Position numbers and translations under genes: made by a program. A stretch of 64,000 bases of DNA from the NCBI GenBank assembly GCA_000320545.1, contig ADNK01000257.1:39918-103917 (forward strand). The letters are read 5' to 3'. This document shows positions 38,087-52,160 of the stretch, piece after piece (within the stretch, counting starts at the first letter, position 1; each line of letters begins with the position of its first letter). Below the pieces are notes generated by a model that had not been told where the DNA came from, did no database searches, and worked only from the letters and a program-made list of their open reading frames with translations. This DNA is from Bigelowiella natans CCMP2755. Lineage: Eukaryota; Protista; Cercozoa.

Positions 38087-38403
38087 CGATGTATTTAGGT
38101 TAAAAACGAAGCATCGAAACGAAGCAGAATCGAAGCGATTAGCGTTTAGATTTCCAATAGATTTTAGGTGTTCTCTGGATGTCGCAGGGTTAAAAAGGGA
38201 CCATTTCCAAACGAATTGACTTCAAACAGAGTACGTCTTCTGGCTGCCGACGACATCTTCAAAACCCAGAAGTCGGTACGTGGAGCTCAGTGCGGGGGGG
38301 ATAGACTCGTCATTCGATCGGATGAATACGTGCGAGACCAAAACACACACAAGCGGCGAGAGGGAGTATGTTTCCATTTCATGATAAGATGCCTTTTAGG
38401 GTG

Positions 38404-39925
38404 ATGAAGAAAGAAGAACCTCCTCGTTCACGGTCCCCTCGAATCCCTCCACAGATACCAAAGGAAAGTTTTTCTTCATCAAGCCCTTCTCTAGCACAAG
38501 ATTCAGCACAACAGCTGAATAAACGACATCAAGGGAAAGTATGTGTGAGTCCGTATAATCGATTTATGAAGAATACTCAGATCGAGTTCATTTTTTCGTA
38601 GAAGATTCTCTCACCAAAATGCATATTTGGTATAATATTACGTAGGAGCTGTCGAAACATGAAGTAAAATCTATCGAACAACTAAGCTCCAAAGATGTGG
38701 CATCTTCCAACGAAGCAGGTTTGGATGCCGATGCTGCGACACCGGCAACGACTTTCACATCACCGAAAGGATTTCGTGGCTTTGATGTTGGGAATACTAC
38801 CAAATCACTATCGCCACACTCAAGCACTGCAAAAGAGATACCCTCAAGTTCTAGCTCTAAGAAAGACCTGGTGCTATGTCTATTCTCCAGTGTGGTCGCA
38901 TGGTATCAGCCTGAGGAAAAGAAAGCTGTTCCTTTCGATTTCATGAAAGAGCTCAGAGGTAATGGAACATTTACCATTCCAATGTTGCCAACTGACGATG
39001 TGCCCATATCCCGAACAGACAAAGTGCTACTCTTGATTTTCTTCCAATCAACCTGCAGAGGGTAAGCCTTTCCACCCTATGCCTATTTTAGCTGGGCTGT
39101 GTTTTGCTAATTGGAATGCTATGAAAATAGATGTCATGTGTACATCAAACACGCTATCAAACCTATGTACGAAACTCTTGGCAAAAACGACAAGATTCGT
39201 TTTCTCGCCATCCAAACTACGTTTGAAAGGTACTGTCCTGTTTTTGTGAAAGGATAATATCACACATACCAGCTTTCTGTTGACGCGTTATCACAGTTGC
39301 AAAACACACGCTCAGGTTTGAAGAGAACACCCCTGAGAGCGCTCAGGACTTCCAATCTACTTACAAGCTTCAATTCCCAGTAAGCTCTAGTGATGCAGGC
39401 TATTAAAGACATAGAAGCTGATGGTACGATTTATTTCCAATGACTCCTCTCACATCAGGTTGGTCATGATGGACCTGTTGATATCTCCGAGCTTCCTGAG
39501 GCAGTTCAAGAGAAGTATACTTCCCACTCTTTCTACCATTTCATCATATCTTGGCGTGTATTCTTTGGTACAGGTTCCTGGAGTCGGTCAAGGCAAGTAG
39601 CGCTGACAGCTCGAATCTTCCTTCCTCCCTTGTTATGAAGCTAGGAGCAGAAGGTACGAATCTAGATCATCGCTTCAACAATTCGACATGAAAATTGAAC
39701 ATTTTGGAAATGAGTCTTCTTTTATGGTACCAAGGCACACCCTGGAGCATTCTCATAGCCCCGCAACAAAATGGAATGATGAAGGTTCTGTTTAATAGCT
39801 TCAGATTCGATGAAAGGGTCAGACACATTTCCTCCCATCCTAATTAATTAATCTCCTGCTACTTTTCATCTTCTTAGGTCTTCATTTTATATTTACGATA
39901 CTGCAGGTTCAATTGTTGCTAACTG
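38404..39925 (+). CDS. Thioredoxin-fold redoxin (TlpA/AhpC-TSA-like) with CRGC site, multi-exon
   Basis: Splicing at 39061/39131 gives LLIFFQSTCRGCHVY..FLAIQTTFEGFEENT..LQFPVGHD..GTPWSILI. Confidence 0.72.
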
Positions 39926-40693
39926 AGAAGCTTCTTGCATGATCATGTGTGTTAATCACATGGCGTTATTATTGTATACAACAATTAAAAATAAGTACTC
40001 GCAAATAATGCAAAGGTGCGCATAATGCGATTTGCTCTATTTTCCCGCCAGTCCTTGTCTGTACGTCTAGACGCCGCTGCGGCATTATTATTGGCAAGAT
40101 AGACAATACGGATGATTGTACATCTATGTTGAGAAAACTGTTGATCAAGAAAAAATATTGCAAGATACCCCACATGTACGTACACATCCAAGCAAATAGC
40201 TTCACACACAGTGCTTATCTGTTCCGCTTAATTGCATGCTACATATACACGGATGACCATCGAAAAAAATTGAACATTTCATTACATCCGCCTTGTACAT
40301 ACACAGATGTAGCACATAAGAGCAGCAGCTCATAGTGTGCGACGACATCTCTAATAATATGTGTTACACACGACATGCATGGTTCAGCCCTTCTCTAGCT
40401 TCTCTGCACGTGACAATGCTTATCTAGTTATTGACACTATATCTAGATTATCTAGACTACAGCCACTGTTCATTCATGCACATTGCGCGCGAAATCGAAA
40501 TGCTGCTTGCACTGTAAGATATGCATTTGTATAATTTATTACACAGCTATAGATGCTACATTTGAACGTCATCCATGACTACTGATCACAAAGGGCTGTA
40601 GCTTGAAGACGCCCGAAATTTACCGGATCAAACACAGAGCCATGTTACAAAAGCTGATCGATTCTAGGGACAACTAATAGCTGTGAACGGCTT

Positions 40694-42064
40694 CTATACT
40701 GCTGGAGGGGGCATCGAAGGTGGAGGTGGAGGGCCGTCAGGAGCTGTGCCCTCTGCCTTTTTCTTCTCGGCATCTTCCCTATACTTCTTCTCAGCTTCCT
40801 CGATTCGCCTCTCACGTTCCTCGATTTCTTCAAGAGAGAGAATCTTGATTCCCCCAGGCTCAGGGCCTGGCTGTGATATACCCGTTGGTAGAATGTCCGG
40901 CTGTTTCTCAATTTTCTCCGGAATACGTCCGTCCTTGAAGAGAATGTTATCCCCCGATCTAGCCCGCCATGGAGCAGACCCTGCATCATCATCACCATCA
41001 TCACAATTCATCATCATCATCATCATCACCAATAGCAGCAGCAGAGGAAGCACGTTGAATTCATGATGATGATGCTGTATGATGATTGATAATGATAGTG
41101 GTGGTTGGTGGTAGTGGCTCTGCATGTTATATACAAAGGACTGGAAACAAAGAAAACCACCAGCATAGATACCACACTGCTATCATTTCTGCTGCCATTA
41201 CCACCACTAAAATAGTCATTCGCTCACACCCCCACCGCAACAACAACAACAACAACTACTACTACTACTACTACTACCAATCTTAGAGTTCTTGTTTAGC
41301 TTCCTCATGTTCCATTTGAGGAGTGGAATCTGTGTCTCATCTTTGAGCTGCCACTTCATCGGCTTGACAACCTTGACCTCCTCCGCAGGGATGGTACCCC
41401 CCCCGAGCTTTGCCAGCGTCTCTTGCAGCTTTGGGAGCTTCCAGTGCTTGCCGAAAGCCATCTCTACAGGATCTCCAAGCTTACCAAGGTCTGGGTACCA
41501 TTGATACACGTTCAGGAGCAATGTGTTACTTGTCGTCACCTCAGGAACTGCTGTACGCTGCACAACGATGGCCTCAAAGTCCTGCAACCCTGGCTTATTC
41601 TTCTTCAGTGTTTTGTCATCGACGAATAAGATGCCGAGTTTTTCCCCCTTGAGCTCCCTCACACGCATGTACTGGGCGGAGGGAGGACCGCCAGCATCGG
41701 GCTTCCAGATTTTACCGATTTCTTGCTTTACTTGCAGCATGCTCATGCCACCTTGCAGCTTGATGTCGGAGAGGAATGCAAATCGCTCCAACGCCTTTGC
41801 CTCTAGCTTCCTCTCTTTTGCATCTTTGCCATCACCACCACCATCCTTCTTCTTCTTCTCATTCTTCGTTCTCTCTCCTAGATCTCCATGTAGCTTAAGG
41901 ATGTACTCGCCGGACTTTAGAGGTGCTCTGGGAAGAAAGGGGAGGGAAAGGGGTGAGAGGGGTAAGGCTGAGTCACTGTAGCTATCCATAGGGATTCAAC
42001 GCCCAACAACGGCAACCAATAATCTCATGATGACTGTGAGACTTCCCCCCCCCCCCTTCCTCTC

Positions 42065-42121
<57 letters not shown>

Positions 42122-42738
42122 AACACACACACACACACACACAAACAAATACTGCATACCCCATATCAAGCCAGATCGCACACGGCGGAGCAAAGTTGTA
42201 GAGATTGAGCGTTTTCTTAGTCTCTTTCAGCTCTGGGCCATACCTGACCATTGGAGGGTTAGAGCGAATGCAAGAAGCTGTGGTGACGACATTACTCACA
42301 TCTACTACTACTACTACTACTACTCCTCTCAAACAACTAACGATGATCTATTAAGATGATGATGATGATGATGATGATGATGATAATGGGCCTCTTCCTC
42401 CTCCTCCTCCTCCTCCTCCTCCTCCTCCTCCTCCTCAACTACGGCTACCTCATCTTCCTTATCTTAAACGCCTCCTTATCGAGGCCTAGCTGTTTTGCAA
42501 GGGCTTCACGAAATTCCCCAAGGGTCTTTCTTGTATCGAATTCGATGTTGTGCGTTTGATACTCATGGGGAGCGTGTGCCCCAAGCATTGCCGTACCCTC
42601 CCCTGCCGTTGCCACTGGCGGCGGCGGCAAGCCTCCTGCTCCGGGAGGGGGGGGGACTAAGCCCCCGGGTCCTCCAGCAAGGGGTGGAGGCGGTACTGCT
42701 GCTGCTGCTAAAGAAAACAGGTATTATCATGTGCGTGG

Positions 42739-42799
<61 letters not shown>

Positions 42800-44470
42800 A
42801 TGAGTATATATGGATATGATGAGATGTATATGAGGATGATAATGACTACTAAGTAATAAATGATGGACCTCCTGGCGTTGATGCCCCACCTCCCTGCTCC
42901 AACTTCTTTTTGGGTGGTTTCTTGTCGTTGTCCCTCGGATCATTGAACGCCACAACGAGGATGTACTTATCCCTTTCAAACTTCTCAAGCAGAGCAGGCT
43001 TGGCACAGTCCGTGTGCGTGGTCCCCTCATCACACACCTCCGCAAATACTTGCGAGCCGTCACGAATCTTAAGGAACTCGAGCCCCACCGTGTCTTCGAT
43101 GATCTTCGGGCCTGTGATGGGGTCTTGGCACATAAGCACGATTCTTGAGGACTTCATCTTCCATAGCTTCGCAACGTTGTTACGCAGCTGTGAGCCACGC
43201 GCCCCCTTTTCATCGACTTCCACGAAGGAAGGGCCAGTGATCTTATCGGTCTTTTTGTCGTACGTCATCAGCGCCAGCTGCATCTGGTCAGGGATGTACT
43301 CCTAGTGGTAGGTAGGTAAGGAAGAAAGGTAGGAAGGAGGATGAAAATGATATCACCATTAAAATCACCAAAATCATCATGTAGTACACACACAATGCTA
43401 GCCAGCAAAGAAACAAAGAAGACGACTGGGCTTGCATCCATTATTGTGAAACACGGCAGTAAGACTACCAGCAGCTACTACTATTACTATTATTACTACT
43501 ACTTACTACTACTTCTCCACTACCTCGAATTCTTCTCCGTCTTTCTTAACCTCCAGGAATAGAGCTTGGTGCTTCTTCACCTCCGCCTTCTCCAAAGTGA
43601 AGCTCATGGGCTGGATTGGCCTCGTGCCCCTCTTTTTTAGCCCATCGTATTCTCGCAGCCTGATGTTGCTCAGCTTGACGTCTTGTAGCATCCTCTTCAT
43701 ATCTTCGTCCTTGTTGAGTTCCAGATGTTGGCTGATGGCGTTTTTGACAGCGGCCTCCACCGTCTTGCTTTTGTGCATGGAAATGCGCACGTAGTCACCC
43801 CCAAAGAACACGTTCGCCTCAATCATCTCCTGCTGCCGTTTCCATTCCTTGAACTTCTCGTGCCATTTTGCATTCTCCTGAAGGGGGGTTGGGGGGGGGG
43901 GAGAGTAGTGGAGGGGGGAGAGCGAAGATGGTGATGATAATAATCACGACGTGGATAGATAGAAAACAGATGGGTTACGATTGGAGATGGCAGCTATATC
44001 AAGCTTCGTTTTGCATTTAGTGGGCTTCAATTGATGAGGTGATGATGATGATGATGATGCGAATTATCTCATTAGCAGCACTGCCTGCTCTATTTCCTTC
44101 CGGAGTGCCTCTTCAATCTCTTCGCCCCCCTCATTTTCCTTTGAGTATGAGTAGGGAATTGAATAATGTGGTGACAGGAGGAGGAGGAGGAGGACGGGGT
44201 TAGAATCGTCAAAACCACAAACAAGAACAACTGCGGCTTCACAAAACAGCTGCTGCCACTACTTTACAAATAAAAATCATGGGCGATTCGGTATAAAAAG
44301 AACATTCTTTCACTCTTCTTACTCTTCTCTTTTTTCTTGTTGTTGTTATTATGTTTTATTACTGAGCTCGAAAGCTTTTCCACCGCATATTTGAGCCTGT
44401 AGTATATATAGCATCATCTGAGCAAGTTGGTGGTGCCTTCTAGTGCCATTGCCATAATTTGCATCGTGGT

Positions 44471-44507
<37 letters not shown>

Positions 44508-45100
44508 GTCATATTCGTCAATCCCTCCCCACTGTTGCCATCAAATCTATCATAATGTACTTGGAGAGATGGCCTGGTTTTAAGCCGCACTTAGCACTTA
44601 GAGACTTCCAAAACTCATCATCAGCAGCAGCATCATCCCCACCATCCTTCTTTGTCTTTTTCAGTATATCCATCGTGACCCCAGCCTTAGAGAATGCTGC
44701 TTCAAACTCACCTGTGGTTGGGTGCGTGGGTGGCGGCAAATAGCACAACCGTTGTTATAGTTATCGCTCTCTCCCTCTCTCTCACTCTCTTTCTCTCTCT
44801 CGGGATAACATTGGCATTATTGCACATGAAGGTGTTTGTATTTAGAGGAATAGGGAGGGGAGGAGAGAGAAGACGCCGCAATTCATGATAGTCAACGACG
44901 ATGTGCCAGAAATGTTTGTTTTATGCGACAATACTACTACACGTGCACTCACCTAGCTTGTGCTCCTCCAGGAAAGCTTTCAGATCAGAAGATCCCTGAT
45001 ATCATGTGGAGGAGGGAGGGAGGGAGGGGTGGTCCCCAGATGAACGAACAACAATAGGACGACTTATTTGATGATTGTTCCAAATATTTACTATAAACTG

Positions 45101-45136
<36 letters not shown>

Positions 45137-45150
45137 CTACAATCATCATC

Positions 45151-45187
<37 letters not shown>

Positions 45188-45604
45188 CCACCACACCTTA
45201 TCATTATCGATCTGGTCTCCCCCCTTATCACGGCGCTGGTACATTACCATATAGGCATTTGCAGATGGGTGTGCAAAGGGCCGTCTAAATACCATCATCG
45301 ATAATACGAATATTACTACATCACCAGCGTTCTCGAATGCGGCGATGAAGTCAACGACACACACAAGCAACACTCATCATCACCATCATCGTCATCATCA
45401 TCCTCAAGAGAGTTGTTGATCTGGAAGTTGTATTCTCTCTTTGTGGATTGAATACTCTGATTAAGTCTACTGCTTACTTGTATTTCTTGCGCTCCCCCGA
45501 TTTCTTCTCGGCATCCTTGCCCTTCGCCAACTAAGTTGGATGTTTAAAGTCACACACGCACACTACATGTCGACTATCTACAAAGCCAGCATCAGTGTGG
45601 AAAT

Positions 45605-45642
<38 letters not shown>

Positions 45643-46114
45643 CATGCTCATTATCATCATCATCATCATCGTCGTCAGCAGCAGCAGCGCACCTCCTCTT
45701 TCTTGGTCGTCTTCGTCGTCTTTGCGGTAGAGAGAGGAGGAGCTGGGAGTTTTGCGCCAGGTGGGGGTGGGAGAGAAATGCCTGTTCCTGGTGGAGGGGG
45801 GATGGCACTCTCTCCTCCTTCCTCGGTGTCTGCAGTGTTGTTGGTGGTGGTAGCAGCCGCCATGGCTTTACGGGTTTCTTCCTCGTGCGCCTTTCGTTTG
45901 GCCTGTGATGAGAAGGATCACCGATCGATGGGTAGGGAGAAGGGGGGAGGAAAGAACGAATAATCATGAAGTTACAACCAATTCAAGGAGAGACATCATG
46001 CGCATCATCATCATCATCATCATCATCGTATTATTCTCTTCATCATCGTCACCACTTCCTACTGTCTATTGCTGTATTATCGTCATCAGGAGGACTGCAT
46101 ATAGTAACTACTAC

Positions 46115-46152
<38 letters not shown>

Positions 46153-46364
46153 ACAGAGCAGCTAGCATAGCTACTACTAATAATCATGATGATGATAATG
46201 ATGATGATGATTAAATGACGATGTGAACACCTCTTCTGCTTTTTCTCTCGCCTCCGCCACATCAGGATGTTCTGTGTGGATAAGTATGGTCGTCATCAGC
46301 GATCTTGACGATACAGCATGCCCCCCCCCTTGTGTTCATATTCCTACTACTTCTTCTGCTACTG

Positions 46365-46398
<34 letters not shown>

Positions 46399-46735
46399 AC
46401 TATGGATTGCTTAAACTGCCGCTAATTCCTCTGCTACTACTTGAACAGGTGGTGCAAATGGCAATAACAATAATACCCATCATCTTCTTAACGTCTGCAT
46501 CGGAGATAGCGCTCACGTGAGAATCATCGAAGCAGTACCTAGAAGAAACATAAGAAGAGAAAGAAGAGGAGGAGGGGTTCATCGTTGAAGATAGAGTAGG
46601 ATGTAAAGGGAAGGATGATGATGATATGAATCACCATATACAATTATCATCATCATCATTATCATCATCATCATCATCATCATCATCTATACCATCATCA
46701 CCACCATCGCCTCGTCAGCACAAACACACACACAC

Positions 46736-46774
<39 letters not shown>

Positions 46775-48872
46775 ATTTTCCGTCTTTGGAGTTCTTGATG
46801 TATGCAAAGTAATGGCCGCCCGTCGCTGATCCTCTGCACACGACGAAAATACATAGCAAACGACGAAGAACAAACAGTAAGAAAAGATGATAATGATAAC
46901 GATGATGATGATGATGACGATGACGATGAGGATTATGTGTGTCTGCTTTTGGTTGTAACGACATATGCAGATCTTAGGATAGTGAGTGGATAGAACTCGT
47001 GAAGACATGGGCAATGGCAATGCATTGCTGATTTGCTTTACGAACATCTTTGTCTGCTTCTTCTACTACTGTGACAACTACTACTCATTAACAAGAAGAA
47101 TACAAGAGGTAGTAGTGGTGCGACCACCTGTGGATAAGTAGAGCGTAGAGATCATAGCTAAACGAAGCTTCTTCCTGTATAGGAGGAAGGTTTAAAGATT
47201 ATCATCATCATCATCATCATCATTAATCGCTGTGATCGTCTCTCGTCATTATTATCATCGTCCTTATCATGAATTACCCCTTTGTCTGCTGTTGGTGCTG
47301 CTGCTGCTGCTTTTGGATTTCCGACATATTTTGAGAGATCCAGCTGAAAGATGGATATTATCGACAACTTACATGTGTGGTTTCTCTTTGTGCTTTTACA
47401 TATCATCATTATCATCATCATCATCATCATCATCATCCTCACTATCATCACCATCACCATCTTCATAAGAGGAGGGATGTGGAGGTGACTCTTACCGTCG
47501 GTGGAAAGTATACTTTGTCGTGCAGCTTTACCCGCCTTTATTTAATTTAGTAATTATCAGTATTCACTGTGAAACTGTATTATCTTCATCGGGAGAACTA
47601 TTTATTTATTCGAATATACATCTTCTCTTCGTGGATTGAGTACACAAACTTCCCCCTTGCTCATCATCATCGTCATCGTCATCATCATCATTGCAATGCA
47701 CCATCATCAATCAATTAACCACCTCATAAAACGGTAATCGATGTCGAATCGCTTGAGTGTACACGCAAGGATCTTCGGAAGTCTGCAGCAGCATCGATAA
47801 GCGGAGCACATGTGTACACATACATGTGCAGTACAGACAACAACGCCTCACAACACACACCTCTCATGAGATTTGATTTTTTTTTTCCGAAAAGGAAGAA
47901 AAAGGCACATGCATGGTGGACATTTTGGCCACAAGAAAGGATGGTAAGTTTTATAGATATAATGATAACAATGGAGATGAAAGATGGTAGAGGAAAGGAT
48001 AAGAAGACTAATGCCAATGATTGCGTTGGACAGTCATTAGGGAAGTGAGACGACGAATGAACGAACAGCAGCCACGATTAAGATCAGAGAAAAGAAGAAG
48101 ATGGTGTGACCACAACAGCAGCATCATCGCACACATAAAAGTAGGTAGAGGCTCTTACTTCTTGAATCGAAGGCCTTTGTGAGCTGTCTTTTTATCACCT
48201 ATCACCGCATTCATGATACTAGGAGGTGAGAATGATGATGATGAGGGGGAGCATAGGTGATGATGACAACGATGGCAGCAGGCACTATGGAAGGAAGACT
48301 CATCAGGAAATGAATTAATCATTTTCCTTTCTTGGCTCCCTTCTTTGTGCTCGCGAACTTGACAAATGCTGCTGCTTTTGTTTATTTTCATCGTCAACAA
48401 GAACAATCGGAAAAGTATGACTGATTTCCTCTCCATCTACCTCTTCCCCCCCCCCCCCCAACACTATGAAAGAATAGAACCACCGTTTTCATCCCGGATG
48501 CCGTTGTCACCCTCGAAAATCTGCCAAAGACCATTGGCATGCATTCAATGCTTTAATAATATCACAGAGAAATAGATGGTCTCACTATTATCGACATATG
48601 CACTAACGGTGACGAATTAGCTAATTTTCATCCAAATTCAGCCATTAAGCGACCGTGGGCTTGAGGTATTTAGTAAAGCAATCTTGGATGGTCTTGCAGT
48701 CTAAAATAACAATAACAATAATGATAATAATAATGATAAATGATGATAAATGATAGTAACAAGTATCATTATTATCCTCGTCGCCATACATAATTCTTGC
48801 TTCGAACGCTTTTAAAACTCCAAAGTAAAACGTGGAAAGTAGCAAGCCACACACACACACACACAACACACA

Positions 48873-48924
<52 letters not shown>

Positions 48925-48946
48925 AGGAACAGCGTAAGTGTAATGG

Positions 48947-48980
<34 letters not shown>

Positions 48981-51176
48981 AGCAGAAACAGCTGACAGAT
49001 ATGAACATGCCAATGCTTGACAAGCAATAGTAGTAGTATAGGCGTAATATTGATGGGTTGATGAGTGGAAATAAGACATCTATGTTGAACAGCAATACTC
49101 CTCCCGTATTATGATAAGCCTTTCTCATTGTTTTGATAGAATCTCGTCTTCTCTTCGAATGATGCGAGAGCCATGATCATGCCTACTACTACTACTGCTG
49201 CTGCTACTACTACTACTACTACTGTGGATATAGCACCACCGCTATCACCTTTTAGGTCTAGAAATACACCCTTGAATGGGACCTATGTTTGTTGATCTCG
49301 TAAGAGTGTTGTGATGAGGAGGGGGGGGGGGGGGATGAGGGGCAAGAACATCTCGCCATGCAGCAATAAAGGCAACAACGATAACACACTTATACACATT
49401 ATATCTACTAGGAGAAACACCAAGTGCCATTGCAGCCAAACATCGCGACCGCCAACAATACCATGCTCAACCTCATCATCATTATCATCATCATCAGCAG
49501 CAGCATAATCTTTTCCTTCTTCTTCTTGGAGGATATTTGTTCGGTAGTACCACTTGAAAACGTTCTTTCTCCGTCTCTGGAAAGTAAACGTAGTCCTCGT
49601 GCTCCCCATACCTGATGATGATGATGATGATGATGGATAAGGCATAATACATGCACATAGAAATGATAGTAATAACAGCAGCAAGAGGAAGGGGGTAAAG
49701 AGAAAAACAGCGAATGGTGAAGCATTATCATCATCAAGAATCGAATGACGAATAACACAAAAAAACAGCTGGATAGTCTCACCAGTCTTCTAAAATATGC
49801 TTTTCCAGCACGGATCCCTGGAATTTGGAGGGAAGGGAGGGAGGAGGGGGGATGTTCGGTCTTATTGGTGCAATAGCATTGCAAGAAGGCAGGAAGAGGA
49901 CACACGGCATGTATGCGTTTATTATGTTTTCATCGTTTTTTATCTTGCATAAGTGACTGTTTGTGGAAAGGAAGTAGCCGCAGCAGAAGCAGTGGAAACA
50001 GCAACAGTTGACTCACACTCCACCTTGCATCGACTCTCCATGGCGGAGAACATAACATTGAACATTTCCTGAACGTCTTGCTGGACAAAAGCCTCTCTGA
50101 GTGGACGACACACATAGACAAAACACACTCAGGATTAACGATTTAGTTGTTTTGGAGTGTTAATTCGACCGTAGACGTATACTACTATTACTTTACTATT
50201 CCTGTTACTACTTCTAATACCTGCCAGTCCAACCGAACGATCTCGTCAAGCCTCCCGTTGTAATCATTCCTTTGAACGCAAATACAGAAAGTCAGCACAA
50301 CAAACCAACTTGCCACCATTGTAGTATACGCCGACGACCGACACTCAATTTGCATCCTTACTACCTGCATCGCTTAAGGAGAGACGTGCGAACAGATTCT
50401 GAAGTTGCTTCGCAATCGACAGGTGTTCCTTTTTTGTCGGTGATTGGAGGTGTGAATAATATGAAGTAAAAGTTGGCTACTACCAAAAGGATGGATGACC
50501 CCTCTAACGACATGAGCCGCCGGTGGGTATCCAGAACGAGTAAGCAAATCGAAGAGACACATACGCTCATATTACTTTCTGGCTCGGGTCAAATCTCCAC
50601 TTGAATATTGTTTCTCGGAAATCCGGAGTCATATAACTGGCAAATATCAACGAAATTGAGGAGGGAATAGCTCGCCGATTCAAACTTTGGGCAGTCGTCG
50701 TTGTCATCTACTTTGTTGCTATCTAAATCACTTTAGTCTCTCACTACAACTAGTTCTCTACTCAATAAAAATACAGAGTTTGTATGAAGCTGTTTAGATA
50801 GCACGTGGCTCCTTGATTTCTCAGACCAACAAACCTGAATAATAAAGTAAAGATGATCTGATGGTATGCTGGCTTTGCTGTTATGACGGAGGACTTTCTA
50901 CGTACCCTGTCTTCGACTTCTCCATGAACATCCCTGAGAAGTAACCATTTGCCAGCTTTTTGTCTGCTTTCACGACCGTGCTGGATTTCGAAAGGAGCTT
51001 GGCTCCGGCTCCATTTGACGACGTGCTTTGCGACTGATGAGAGAAATGACCCATGAGCAAATACAGTAACTAAAAACAACATTTGCATGCTTAGAATCTC
51101 TTAATGTCAGACAGACGTTGGCATCGACATAGGCCTTTCGTCCTTTTAAAGCATTCAACAACACAGCGGGGTCCAT
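40694..51176 (-). CDS. Ubiquitin-specific protease (peptidase C19, USP7/USP40/USP47-like) with C-terminal Ubl-like regions; many exons
   Basis: Cys box FVGLRNQGATCYLNSFIQTLYF (~50765-50830), QQDVQEMF (~50060), LPKILACTLKRFDIDY (~47730-47785), His box GSATGGHYFAYIK (~46790), WYCFDDSHVS; long C-terminal region to the stop at 40694. Confidence 0.92.
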
Positions 51177-51640
51177 TTGAATGAAATATCTACGAGAAAG
51201 ATCACAATGCGTTTCTTACCTGCGACAACATGTATAAACCTCTTCCCCGAGTCGCAGTCCTAAAAACCAGATTTATTTCATGACATCCAATTCGAAGAAA
51301 AATCCGTAGTCTTCACGTTTGGGTCTATTTAATCCGGTTGTTTTCCGGTCAAATAAGGCCATTTTTTGCCTGAGACATAACTACAAGTCTGAGCATCAGT
51401 GATCCAGCGACGACGGTCCAGCCACTGTCCTCCCCCAAAAAGTGTTTCGGCCACGTCACAATCATTCGCGCCTTACGTCTGATAGTAGCTGGAGCTGCTG
51501 GAGCTCAGGTCGCTTTCGCGACGATAGGCATTGCTCGAGGCTTTGCAAAGAGCGAAAACAAGCGAGAGAAGCCGCAGAGCATAGCCCGTACGACTGTCAA
51601 TGAGAAAGAATTCCATCCCGCTGTTCGCACGGTTCTCGAG

Positions 51641-52160
51641 ATGTATGGTGGAAAAGGTGTTCCGATCCGTCAATCATGTATGAGAAAGGACGTAGTCTTC
51701 GAAGATCCTGCTGCCAAGGTACCAATGCTCAAACACTGTTCAGACATTTTTGTGTGCTGTGTTGTACAACGACGGCACACGCATCACCCACCTATTCCTT
51801 GCATGAAAAACGGTGTTTATTTAAAAAAAGGTTGTGGGTGAACCTGAAGTACGAGAGGCATTCAGAGCCCTTTGTGTTATGAAGCCAAAGACTTTGGCCT
51901 TTGAGATCGTTGAGGAGCGAGAAACTAGTGACTCTACAATTTTTGAAATAGATCTCTGGCAACGGTACAATCTTGGTTCCTACCTTCCCTTCGAAGTGTA
52001 CTCAAGACTTAGCGTTGAAGCAAGTCGATCAGATTCAGCTATTTGTCGGATAGAGGAGCGCTGGCAGAACGGAAGTCTACTTCACGTTCCTCCGTTTGGA
52101 GTAGTTAGGAGGATAAATGGCATCGCAAGCTACAATCTGACGAGCATTATAATCGCATAG
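51641..52160 (+). CDS. NTF2/SnoaL-like protein (2 exons seen; may start further upstream)
   Basis: MYGG..KDVVFEDPAAK | GEPEVREAFRAL..ICRIEERWQNG matches the DVVFxDP..G and I..HEE.W pattern of SnoaL-like folds. Confidence 0.5.

Noticed and set aside
42356-50121. Numerous poly-M/poly-L/poly-S/ER-repeat ORFs in the track
   Set aside because: Translations of intronic microsatellites, not genes.
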